Part shown: one piece after another, positions 32,283 through 41,293 of the stretch
How the letters are laid out: each line of letters begins with the position of its first letter
Position numbering within the stretch: the stretch's first letter is position 1
Notes under the pieces: generated by a model
What the model saw: only the letters and a program-made list of their open reading frames with translations
The model's database searches: none
What the model was told of the DNA's origin: nothing
Program-made: the position numbers and the translations under genes
From: an uncultured Pseudobdellovibrionaceae bacterium
Lineage (GTDB): Bacteria; Patescibacteriota; Minisyncoccia; Moranbacterales; GCA-2747515
Assembly: GCA_964463705.1 (NCBI GenBank)
Contig: CAYXCH010000007.1
Coordinates: 1-54,925 of the forward strand
Reading direction: 5' to 3'
DNA: 54,925 bases

Positions 32283-33050
32283 ATGAATCTTTCCATTATG
32301 AATACCCAACATCTTCTCCTAAAACTTCAGCATCTCGGCATGACCGAACGTGAAGCGATTATTTATCTCTCTCTTTTAAAACTGGGACAAGCAACAGCAT
32401 ATAAAGTCGGAAAAATTGCCGGTATGCGTGTTTCTTCCACATATGTTATTTTGGAAAAACTTCATGCGGATGGATTTGTCTTAAAAACACCGGGAACAAA
32501 AAAAATAACATTCTCTGCAAGAAAGCCACAGGAACTCCTCTCTGATTTCCGCGCTAAAGTAAATGAATTTGAGGATATCATTCCGCTACTTCAACGTGAA
32601 GCGCAGAATAATCCCATATCGGATACACTTATCTTTAGTGGATATGATGGAATTGCAGAGGCGCTGAATTATCGCTATGATACTACTTGCCGCACATCTA
32701 CCGCCTGCCTTTATTCAAGTATTCCAAGCAATGATCCCAAGCTGCTTTCTCTCTATACGACATGGGATCGCAAAGCTATTACGGATGGGGCGATATTTAC
32801 AATCATCCTTCCAAAGACTCGCGATATTGTAAAATTCACAGAAATTGTTCCGGAAAAATATGAAAATTCTCGCTACATTGATCCAAAATACTACTTTATT
32901 GAAAGTGCGATTGAAATTATCGGTACCGCGTTCGTTCGGATTATTTCCCATGAAAAAAAGACCGCCACTATTATTGACGATGTCCACACGGCACAAACAA
33001 TGCGTCAAATTTTTACACTAATTTATGATAATATTTCACAACCTTGGTAA
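32283..33050 (+). CDS. TrmB-family transcriptional regulator
   Basis: LQHLGMTEREAIIYLSLLKLG..TA..VG..AGM..SSTY..LEKL wHTH; FSARKPQELL; C-terminal effector-type domain. Confidence 0.9.
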   Translation: MNLSIMNTQHLLLKLQHLGMTEREAIIYLSLLKLGQATAYKVGKIAGMRVSSTYVILEKLHADGFVLKTPGTKKITFSARKPQELLSDFRAKVNEFEDIIPLLQREAQNNPISDTLIFSGYDGIAEALNYRYDTTCRTSTACLYSSIPSNDPKLLSLYTTWDRKAITDGAIFTIILPKTRDIVKFTEIVPEKYENSRYIDPKYYFIESAIEIIGTAFVRIISHEKKTATIIDDVHTAQTMRQIFTLIYDNISQPW

Positions 33051-33824
33051 CTATTGTCGCCATAATAGGCGATAAATGCTTTGTAACACTCTATTGTAAA
33101 TTATAATTACCGGAAATACTACCACACTCCGTAGCATTTTGCCCAGGCGGTGAGGCTGGTGGATGGTGCGGTATATCCACTCCACGCCCCACCGACGCAT
33201 CCACCGCGGAGCACGAGGAACGGCACCGGTAAGAAAATCCACGGCACCGCCAACGCCCACCGCAACACCGGTTGCGCCCTGTGCTCGCAACGCCTCCAAA
33301 AAATACTCCTGTTGCGGTGCGCCGAAATTTGCAATATATATCGCCGGTGCCTTGTGAATGGAGGATGAAGAGTATGCCTCTATTCCTTCACACCGAACAT
33401 CTTCACCCGTTACCTGCAATTGCGGGTACCGCTCTCGCACTACCCGTTGAACCGTATGCCATTGTGACAATCCGTCCGCACGACAAAAAAAGTGTACCGA
33501 CCATCCTTCTTTCTCCGCTGCGTCCAATATATCAAAGAAAAGATCCGCGCCGGCATAGCGTTGCACGGGACGATGCATTAGCCGTGCCATTAACGCTACC
33601 CCCACCCCGTCGGCAATACACATATCCGCTTGTTTTAGTACGGCACGAAATTTCTCATTACTCCGCGCCAAAAGCAAAAATTCCGGATTGACCGTCGCAA
33701 TACGCAAAAATTCTCCTGTTTCTCGCATTGCCTCATCAATACGACATCTCGCCACATCCGGTGAGCACAAATCCGGCTGATAAAATACCGATGATAATTT
33801 TCCGAAACACCGACTCATATGCAA
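33051..33824 (-). CDS. WecG/TagA/CpsF-family glycosyltransferase (GT26)
   Basis: TVNPEF, ADGVG, GADL, FGAPQQE, GVGGAVDF, RAPRWM..GVEWIYR. Confidence 0.93.
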   Translation of the reverse strand: MHMSRCFGKLSSVFYQPDLCSPDVARCRIDEAMRETGEFLRIATVNPEFLLLARSNEKFRAVLKQADMCIADGVGVALMARLMHRPVQRYAGADLFFDILDAAEKEGWSVHFFCRADGLSQWHTVQRVVRERYPQLQVTGEDVRCEGIEAYSSSSIHKAPAIYIANFGAPQQEYFLEALRAQGATGVAVGVGGAVDFLTGAVPRAPRWMRRWGVEWIYRTIHQPHRLGKMLRSVVVFPVIIIYNRVLQSIYRLLWRQ

Positions 33825-35027
33825 TTATGATGATGCTCTATGATCTGCATCAACACTGCACGTCTCCATCACAGAATGTACCGTATGTTTCCATGCAAAT
33901 CGTTTACTCTGCGCAATTGCCCGTGAACGCAACGCCTCCCGCACCGCTTTATCGCAAACGACACGACGCAGCGCCTGATAAAGAGACGTCACATCGGACG
34001 GATCACAATACTCCACCGCGTCTCCACCAACTTCGGGAATGGAGGAAACGGTTCCCGCCACCACCGGTGTCCCAACACTGAGCGCTTCCAGCACCGGTAA
34101 GCCAAATCCTTCATATAGTGATGGATATACAAACACCATTGCTCCGGCATATAACGCCGGAAGATGTTCTTGCGGTACAAATCCTACCACTCGCACATGA
34201 TCCGATAAATCCATTTCTTGCACCAATCGCTCCACGTCGGTAATCAATGGAGCAAGATGCGGCATCAATGCACCGGAAATAACCAGTGGCGGCACCACGC
34301 ACGGTTTCTCTGTCCGTAACCGTGCATACGCACGCAACAGCGTTGTCACATTTTTGCGCACATCCAATCCTCCACCAAAATACAGATAATCGCCGTCTTG
34401 CACACCGTACAAATCCAAAATACGATGACGCTCCTCCGATGATGGTGGCGAGGATTTAAACATTGGATCACAATCAATATGCTGTACGGTAATCCGTGTA
34501 GACGGTACACCCAACAGACGCACGACATCATCCCGCGTATGATTGGAAATGGCGATCAGTGCATCTGCACGAACAATGGCACGCTCCGTCAAATACTGGT
34601 AGAATCGCTTGCGTACATTATTGAGATACTGTGGAAATATATGCGGCACAAGATCATGCACAACCATAACATGGTGCACGCCCTGTATGATGGTCGGACA
34701 CTGGTACAACGATAAGAACACATCACAGCCGTCCGCTCGCACCCGACGCGGCAATAATACACGCTCCCATAAAATTTTCCGTACCAAGTCATCTCGCGTA
34801 TACAACGGAGGAAGGAACGCTCGCACCGTACAGCGTTCCCGCACCGATGACGGCAGCGATTGCACCATGGCACGGATAGACTCTTCCTCCGCATAAAATA
34901 CAATCTGTATATCACCATACTTCCCCCGCTGCATGTCCTCCAAGAGTGTGCGCACAAAATGATACGTCACTTCCCCGATACCACTCCCTCGCTTCCGCAG
35001 AAACGATACATTAATACCAATCTTCAT
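33825..35027 (-). CDS. GT4 glycosyltransferase
   Basis: VHDLVP, IAISNHT, RKNV, PSLYEGFGLPVLEALSVGTPV. Confidence 0.93.
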   Translation of the reverse strand: MKIGINVSFLRKRGSGIGEVTYHFVRTLLEDMQRGKYGDIQIVFYAEEESIRAMVQSLPSSVRERCTVRAFLPPLYTRDDLVRKILWERVLLPRRVRADGCDVFLSLYQCPTIIQGVHHVMVVHDLVPHIFPQYLNNVRKRFYQYLTERAIVRADALIAISNHTRDDVVRLLGVPSTRITVQHIDCDPMFKSSPPSSEERHRILDLYGVQDGDYLYFGGGLDVRKNVTTLLRAYARLRTEKPCVVPPLVISGALMPHLAPLITDVERLVQEMDLSDHVRVVGFVPQEHLPALYAGAMVFVYPSLYEGFGLPVLEALSVGTPVVAGTVSSIPEVGGDAVEYCDPSDVTSLYQALRRVVCDKAVREALRSRAIAQSKRFAWKHTVHSVMETCSVDADHRASS

Positions 35028-35092
35028 AAAACACTCCTTCTTGTTACCCTTCTTTCATCCTACCATACCTACGTAGTGTGAAACCGCCGACA

Positions 35093-35314
35093 CTACCGAA
35101 CCTCATCTTCTCCATCAAGTAAAGCATATATTCCGCTCCGTTCATTGACACGAGCGTTCCGCACAAGATCATCCCGCCTAAGAAGTTGTGCATACTTTTG
35201 ATGTGAAGGTTTTTCTGACGCACCGATTACTTTTTCCGCGACAATAACAGACACTTTTGCGGGATCATTTTTTATACTATTATCAACGTTTATTTCGCTT
35301 TTTTTATGTATCAT
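35093..35314 (-). CDS. Possible 73-aa small protein
   Basis: Open frame MIHKKSEINVD...EDEVR in a 335-bp intergenic gap; no recognisable motif. Confidence 0.25.
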   Translation of the reverse strand: MIHKKSEINVDNSIKNDPAKVSVIVAEKVIGASEKPSHQKYAQLLRRDDLVRNARVNERSGIYALLDGEDEVR

Positions 35315-35362
35315 GTATAATGCATAAAAGTGCAATAATAAAAATCCTATAAATGTTTTGGT

Positions 35363-36676
35363 ATGACACAGGAGACACGTCACATCACAAAGGATAAAAC
35401 AATCGTAGTCGTTGGACTGGGATATGTCGGGCTGCCATTGGCGTTGCTGGCACGAGAAGCCGGCTATGATGTTATCGGGCTTGATGTGCGAAAAGAATGG
35501 GTGGATATGATCAACCAAGGAACCTGTCCTATCAATGATGATGAGAAGGTTACAGACAAATTTGAGCGCTTCCGCTTCCCCGCAACGATAGATCCTGCGG
35601 AAATCGCCAAAGGAGATATCATCTTGATTGCCGTACCAACACCGGTTGATGAGAATCAAAACCCCGTTTATGACTATGTCGTCGATGCATCAACAACCGT
35701 TGCGGAAAACATGAAAGCGGGAGCACTTGTTGTCCTGGAATCCACCGTCAATCCCGGTACCTGTGAAACCATCGTTCGTCCGATTTTTGAGCGTGCCGGA
35801 TTTACCATCGGAACAGACGTGGACATCGCCCACTGTCCGGAACGAATTGATCCCGGAAAGTCATCATTTAGCGCCGGGTATCATATTGGAAATACGGCAC
35901 GGGTGGTCGGTGCGTTTACTCCGGACGGAACAACGCGAGCGGCGGAATTTTATCGATCTATCATTGATGCGGAAATTCGGGAAATGAAGTCCATTCGCGA
36001 GGCGGAGGCGGTGAAAATTTTGGAAAACTCATTCCGAGATATCAATATTGCATTTATCAATGAAATTGCACAGAGCTTTGACCATCTCGGGATTGACGTA
36101 TTGGATGTTATTGAGGGCGCAAAAACAAAGCCGTATGCATTTATGGCACACTACCCCAGTTGCGGCGTTGGCGGTCACTGCATTCCCGTTGATCCGTATT
36201 ACTTGATTGAAAGCGCACAACGCAGCGGGTTTGATCACCAGTTTATGCGACAAGCGCGCAAGGTCAATAACTTTATGCCGGAGTATTCCGTAGAACGCAT
36301 GCAGGATGCTCTCAATGACATTAAACGCCCGATGAACGGTGAGACAATCGGACTCCTGGGACTGGCATATAAAGCCAATGTTGATGATATGCGTGAATCT
36401 CCTTCGTTCAAAATCATTAAACACCTACGCAAGCACGGAGCAAATGTCATCACCTATGACCCACACATTCTTCACAAATCGGACAGACAGACACTGGAAG
36501 ATGTACTGAACGATGTTGATCACGTCTTCATCGCCACAAACCACGATGAATTTGTGGATATGGATCTCTCATTACTAAAAAAGCACGATATCAAGATTGT
36601 ATTGGATGGAAAGAATTGTATGGATAAAGACGCCATTGAGGCCATGGGCATCATTTATCGCGGAATTGGTCGGTAG
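35363..36676 (+). CDS. UDP-N-acetylhexosamine 6-dehydrogenase (WecC/TviB family)
   Basis: VVGLGYVGLP, LESTVNPG, PERIDPG, KILENSFRDINIA, GVGGHCIPVDP, AYKANVDDMRESP. Confidence 0.92.
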   Translation: MTQETRHITKDKTIVVVGLGYVGLPLALLAREAGYDVIGLDVRKEWVDMINQGTCPINDDEKVTDKFERFRFPATIDPAEIAKGDIILIAVPTPVDENQNPVYDYVVDASTTVAENMKAGALVVLESTVNPGTCETIVRPIFERAGFTIGTDVDIAHCPERIDPGKSSFSAGYHIGNTARVVGAFTPDGTTRAAEFYRSIIDAEIREMKSIREAEAVKILENSFRDINIAFINEIAQSFDHLGIDVLDVIEGAKTKPYAFMAHYPSCGVGGHCIPVDPYYLIESAQRSGFDHQFMRQARKVNNFMPEYSVERMQDALNDIKRPMNGETIGLLGLAYKANVDDMRESPSFKIIKHLRKHGANVITYDPHILHKSDRQTLEDVLNDVDHVFIATNHDEFVDMDLSLLKKHDIKIVLDGKNCMDKDAIEAMGIIYRGIGR

Positions 36677-36689
36677 AAAAACCATCATT

Positions 36690-36722
36690 AAAAAGACTGC
36701 TCATACTGTGCAGTCTTTTTTT
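36690..36722 (+). terminator. Intrinsic terminator
   Basis: aaaagactgc-N9-gcagtc followed by a T-run. Confidence 0.8.
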
Positions 36723-36778
36723 GCCTAATTCCGTTTTTCCATTTAAAATAGAACTATAATTCTTTTGGATGATTCTTT

Positions 36779-37705
36779 ATGAAGCTGATTGTAAACATGC
36801 CGGGATACAATGAGGAGAAGCACATCGCAGAGACAATTCGGCGTGTACCGCGAACGATTGATGGAATTGATGAAGTATTGGTACAGGTAATTGACGATGG
36901 GTCGGTAGACCGCACCGTAGAAGAAGCACGAGCAGGCGGTGCGGATATTATTATTTCTCATGATGGTAATCGTGGACTCGGTGTAATGTTTCGCACGATG
37001 CGACAAAGCGCATTGGAACACGGAGCGGACATTATGGTAAATATTGATGCGGACGGACAGTTTGATCCACAGGATATTAAAAAACTTATCCGTCCAATTT
37101 TAGAGAAAACGGCAGATATTGTCATTGCGGACCGCTTCTCCAAGAGTACGGCAAAGAATATCCCCTTCCTCAAAGATAAGCTGAATCGTCTGGGTGCATG
37201 GCTTGTCGCCAAAGCCACCGGTGTTCCGGTTGTAGATCTTACCTGTGGATTTCGAGCACATAGCCGAGAGGCGATGTTGCGATTGAGTGATCCGGCGGGA
37301 TTTACCTATACACAAGAAACAATCATTGACGCGATCGGTAAAAATCTCAAACTTCAATGGGTTCCGGTTGTTGTACACTATCATGCTCAACGCAAGAGCC
37401 GTGTTGTCAAGACAATTTGGAATTATGTCAATAACAGTGCGCGAATTATCATTCGTGCGTTTCGCGATATCCAACCAATGAAGTTTTTTGCCATTCCGGG
37501 TATTTTGTTTATGATCGCATCCGCTGTGGGATTTTTCATTCTTCGTGGCGCCTATCCACTGACAACGGTGGCTTTCTTTCTCGTTGGTATGCAGTTCTTA
37601 ACATTCGGATTGATCGCCGATATGATGCGAGGAACACGAATGCAAAATGAGGAAGTTCTCTATCGCCTGCGCCGTAACGAATGGCGTGAAAATCACAAAC
37701 ACTAA
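36779..37705 (+). CDS. GT2 glycosyltransferase (DPM1-like, polyprenol-phosphate glycosyltransferase type)
   Basis: PGYNEE, IDDGSVD, DADGQ, DLTCGFRA, two C-terminal TMs. Confidence 0.88.
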   Translation: MKLIVNMPGYNEEKHIAETIRRVPRTIDGIDEVLVQVIDDGSVDRTVEEARAGGADIIISHDGNRGLGVMFRTMRQSALEHGADIMVNIDADGQFDPQDIKKLIRPILEKTADIVIADRFSKSTAKNIPFLKDKLNRLGAWLVAKATGVPVVDLTCGFRAHSREAMLRLSDPAGFTYTQETIIDAIGKNLKLQWVPVVVHYHAQRKSRVVKTIWNYVNNSARIIIRAFRDIQPMKFFAIPGILFMIASAVGFFILRGAYPLTTVAFFLVGMQFLTFGLIADMMRGTRMQNEEVLYRLRRNEWRENHKH

Positions 37706-37709
37706 CCCT

Positions 37710-38813
37710 ATGCCTACATCTGATACTCCGCGCATTCTCTTTCTCTCTCGCGCCTACCCGCCGGTTACCGGTGGTATTGAGAATCAAAATTATGAAATCT
37801 CCCGCGCTCTCGCCCGGCGTGTTCCATGCACGGTTATCGCAAACAAGCATGGAAAACGCGCGCTCCCTCTCTTTCTTCCCTATGCGTTAATCGTAACTCT
37901 GTGGAACATGCGTACGCATGATGTGTTATTGCTGGGCGATGGCGTATTGGGAATTATCGGCGGGTTTGTAAAAATCTTCTACGGCAACCGCAAGAAAGTC
38001 TTATGTATTGTTCACGGACTTGATTTGACATTCAACAACAATATCTATCAAAATTTCTGGGTCAAACAATTTATTCCCGATGCCGATCGCCTTATTGCCG
38101 TCGGTAATCAAACAATTAAAGAAGGTGTGACTCGCGGAATTCCGGAAGAAAAATTTGTTTTTGTTCCCAATGGTGTTGATGTGAAAAAATTTGCCCTCGG
38201 AACACCGGATCGCAAAGCACTGTCTGTACTACTGAAAAAAGATCTTAGCGATGATACTCGTGTTCTTTTTACCGGCGGACGGTTGGTAAAACGCAAGGGT
38301 GTGGCATGGTTTATCCGGACCATTCTACCCACTCTACCGGACAATATTATTTATGCTGTTGCCGGAGACGGCCCCGATCGCACAAATATTGAGGCGGCGA
38401 TTCGGGAAAATGGTATGCAAGACCGTGTTGTGCTATTAGGATATGTCAGTGATGACGATCGCCGGACACTCCTCCACAGTTGCGACCTCTTTATTCAGCC
38501 AAATATTCCGGTAGAGGGTGATATGGAAGGATTCGGGTTGGTGGTGCTGGAAGCCGGTAGCAGCGGCATTGTTGTCGTAGCTTCACGATTGGAAGGATTG
38601 AAGGATGCGATTCATGATGGTAAAAACGGAATTCTTGTTCCTCCGGAAGATGCTGATGCGTGGAAGGAAACCGTTATAACACTTCTGAGTGATGACGATA
38701 AACGGACGGCGATGGGACGTGCGGCACACGAATATATTACAAAACACTTTACATGGGACGCCATCGCCGCTCGCTATGTAGAAGTGATTGAACAAACACC
38801 GGCACGACGGTAA
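37710..38813 (+). CDS. GT4 glycosyltransferase
   Basis: YPPVTGGIE, GRLVKRKG, EGFGLVVLEA; start moved to MPTSDTPRILF. Confidence 0.92.
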   Translation: MPTSDTPRILFLSRAYPPVTGGIENQNYEISRALARRVPCTVIANKHGKRALPLFLPYALIVTLWNMRTHDVLLLGDGVLGIIGGFVKIFYGNRKKVLCIVHGLDLTFNNNIYQNFWVKQFIPDADRLIAVGNQTIKEGVTRGIPEEKFVFVPNGVDVKKFALGTPDRKALSVLLKKDLSDDTRVLFTGGRLVKRKGVAWFIRTILPTLPDNIIYAVAGDGPDRTNIEAAIRENGMQDRVVLLGYVSDDDRRTLLHSCDLFIQPNIPVEGDMEGFGLVVLEAGSSGIVVVASRLEGLKDAIHDGKNGILVPPEDADAWKETVITLLSDDDKRTAMGRAAHEYITKHFTWDAIAARYVEVIEQTPARR

Positions 38814-38841
38814 AAACCTTTATTACAACACATTTTTCGTA

Positions 38842-38871
38842 TTGACGCACGTTGTGCTTTAGCGGTACAAT
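38842..38871 (+). promoter_or_regulatory. Sigma70-type promoter
   Basis: TTGACG-N18-TACAAT. Confidence 0.7.
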
Positions 38872-38885
38872 ACACTATGGCGCTT

Positions 38886-38996
38886 TGTGAAAAGTGCCAT
38901 CCCGTTGGTGCTTCGGCACCATCTATGAATGGGCCCGTTCGTTCACAGTAAAAGAGATAAAGACCTCATCGATGTATGTGGATTTCCATGTACATC
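38886..38996 (+). ncRNA. Candidate structured 5' leader RNA
   Basis: TGTGAA/TTCACA closing stem, GGTGC-TTCG-GCACC tetraloop hairpin, GAATGGG/CCCGTTC and an 11-bp hairpin at 38971-38996. Confidence 0.4.
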
Positions 38997-39011
38997 ATGA
39001 GTCATGAAGCT

Positions 39012-39734
39012 ATGACCGAAGAATATCGCGACGATATTGAGGAGATGGAAGAGGATGATGATCGTACCTTCGGCGAGTGGCTGCAAGACAATTTGCGCGT
39101 GATTATCAGCGTGATTATTGTGTTGCTGCTGGCGCTGGGCATCTACTCCTACTCCAAGCGTTCGCAGGAGGCGCGCATGGTTGCCGACACCTCCGGCGCA
39201 AACACCGCTACGGAAACATCTGCACAAGATGATGGTGGCGTGATGGCGCAAATTGGTGATGCCGTAACGGGTGGAGCAAAGAAAGCGGCGGATACCGCTG
39301 CTGCTGCCGCCGGTGCGGCTAAAGATGCGGCAACAGGTGCTGTAGAAACTGCGAAGAACAGCATGAAGAAGGATGATGCACCGCAAGTTATGGCACAAGA
39401 TGACGCACGCAACACAACGGCTGCACGCGACACCTTAACGGGTGATGCATACACCTTGGTGGCGCGAGCCGGGGATGGTAAAACACATCTGGCGCGACGC
39501 GCACTATCCGGATATCTGGCACAACACCCGGTAGACGGATTGACCGCAGCACATAAGGTCTACATTGAAGACTACCTGCAAAAGGCAGTTGGAGGACCGA
39601 CGATGCTACGGATTGGACAAGAGGTACGCTTCTCAACGGACTTGATTAAACAAGCCATTGAGCGAGCGCAACGCCTCAATGACATGCAGCTGCGCAACTT
39701 GCAGAAGTATGCGGCCGCCGCTTCTCTCTCCTAG
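39012..39734 (+). CDS. Membrane-anchored hypothetical protein
   Basis: Acidic N-terminus, one TM, Ala/Thr-rich linker, C-terminal globular domain; flanked by a promoter and a terminator. Confidence 0.85.
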   Translation: MTEEYRDDIEEMEEDDDRTFGEWLQDNLRVIISVIIVLLLALGIYSYSKRSQEARMVADTSGANTATETSAQDDGGVMAQIGDAVTGGAKKAADTAAAAAGAAKDAATGAVETAKNSMKKDDAPQVMAQDDARNTTAARDTLTGDAYTLVARAGDGKTHLARRALSGYLAQHPVDGLTAAHKVYIEDYLQKAVGGPTMLRIGQEVRFSTDLIKQAIERAQRLNDMQLRNLQKYAAAASLS

Positions 39735-39786
39735 ACGTCTGTGACGAACACTTACAGGGAAAACGCAACAGCTTCATGTCCTTTAC

Positions 39787-39816
39787 AAAAAACACCGCCA
39801 GCGTGCGGTGTTTTTT
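39787..39816. terminator. Bidirectional intrinsic terminator
   Basis: aaaaaacaccgc-cagcgt-gcggtgtttttt. Confidence 0.9.
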
Positions 39817-39818
39817 AT

Positions 39819-40307
39819 TTATGGACGATTGGCGGGAACAACACTAATGCGTGTACCGAGTGTTGCACCGTACGAGCGTATTGCGCCGTGCGGCAATTCA
39901 AGAACATACCGTGCCGGCAACCGTGGTCGCAAGATTGTGGAATCAAACGGAACTCCACTGCGAATATCTACAATTTCCCACCGTGCGTTAATCCATACGA
40001 TATCCAATGGAATAGATGTTTTATTCATCCAAAACGCATGACGGGCGCTGGACGGAAATACGAATAACATTCCGCATTGTTTACATAGTTGTGAATGATG
40101 TTGTAGTCCGCGACGACGGGTTTCCTCTCTTGCCGCCACTGTCGCTACAACAACGGCATCGTTAATACTTATACGCACCGTATCGCCATCGGCATACTCC
40201 TCAATACCATCTATATCATCTATCGCCCCCGGCAGCGGACTTAACAGACCGATACAGAGTACTACCGTGAAGAAGATTTTACCGTAGGTTGTGTATGTTC
40301 CACCCAT
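39819..40307 (-). CDS. DUF192-family protein
   Basis: RRRGL, GMLFVF, FWMNKTSIPLDIVWI, YVLELP. Confidence 0.92.
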   Translation of the reverse strand: MGGTYTTYGKIFFTVVLCIGLLSPLPGAIDDIDGIEEYADGDTVRISINDAVVVATVAAREETRRRGLQHHSQLCKQCGMLFVFPSSARHAFWMNKTSIPLDIVWINARWEIVDIRSGVPFDSTILRPRLPARYVLELPHGAIRSYGATLGTRISVVPANRP

Positions 40308-41293
40308 AAAAGTAAACCGATCATGATGATTGCAACAGTGACAACCACTGTTGCTTTAACGGTAACTGTTGCATGAACCGAGCCAAACGCCACTGCCCCA
40401 ATCAGTCCCGCATACAGTAACGCAATATGTCGTGAAGACCATCCGCGATCCGCTAAACGATAATGTAAATGTCGTCGATCCGGCGCAAACGGTGAGACAC
40501 CGGCACGAAGACGGGAAAAGATTACCCATACCGCATCCACTAACGGAACAATCATTACCAATAGCGTTGTCGCGATTTTCGCACCGGCGATAATCGCCAA
40601 TGACGCCACCACCACTCCCCAGAAAAATGCTCCCGTTGTCCCCGCAATGATGCGAGATGGCGCCCAGTTCCATACAAGAAATCCGCCGGTTGCACCCATG
40701 AGTGCCGCGGCGGCAATCGCCACCGGCGGCTGATGAACATGAGGCAACAGTGCGGTGGCAAAGATTGTTCCTCCCGCTACCAGCGCCACCATTCCGCCCA
40801 GTCCGTCCACACCATCCAACCAATTCATCACATTCATAATCCCGACAACCCACAGAATCGTAAGAACAAAACTTGTCAATGAAAACACGGTATCGGGTGA
40901 AAATACAATCATTGCATCGCGAAATGGATGAGATACCGCCGTAATCCGAATCTCACCGATAAACAATAACATTGCAATCCATACATGTGCAGCTAACTGC
41001 GTCCGCCAGGTTACGACACGATAATCATCCCACAATCCGACAAGCACGACTCCGCCCAATGCAATCAACAATATCACCCACCGAGTGTCCGGAACAAAAT
41101 TCGGATGCACCAAAAGAGCAATAACAAATGCCGCCACCATCGCCACACCGCCCAGTCGCACCGGATGAGATACCGGACGACGTGCCTCCACTCGGCGAGA
41201 AGGCAAATATCGCGCCACACCGACCAGTGCGGCGCATCCAATCACCGCTATGCCCCACGCCGTTAAAAATGCTGTTACATACATCATGAGCAT
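40262..41293 (-). CDS. WecA/TagO-type undecaprenyl-phosphate GlcNAc-1-P transferase (MraY superfamily)
   Basis: RLGGVA, GLWDD, NVMNWLDGVDGL, FLVWN, PLVD, DRRHLHYRL. Confidence 0.9.
   Translation of the reverse strand: MLMMYVTAFLTAWGIAVIGCAALVGVARYLPSRRVEARRPVSHPVRLGGVAMVAAFVIALLVHPNFVPDTRWVILLIALGGVVLVGLWDDYRVVTWRTQLAAHVWIAMLLFIGEIRITAVSHPFRDAMIVFSPDTVFSLTSFVLTILWVVGIMNVMNWLDGVDGLGGMVALVAGGTIFATALLPHVHQPPVAIAAAALMGATGGFLVWNWAPSRIIAGTTGAFFWGVVVASLAIIAGAKIATTLLVMIVPLVDAVWVIFSRLRAGVSPFAPDRRHLHYRLADRGWSSRHIALLYAGLIGAVAFGSVHATVTVKATVVVTVAIIMIGLLLWVEHTQPTVKSSSR

Noticed and set aside
35315-35659. 188-aa minus-strand ORF
   Set aside because: Most of it is antisense to the dehydrogenase gene; only the intergenic 73-aa tail was kept, at low confidence.
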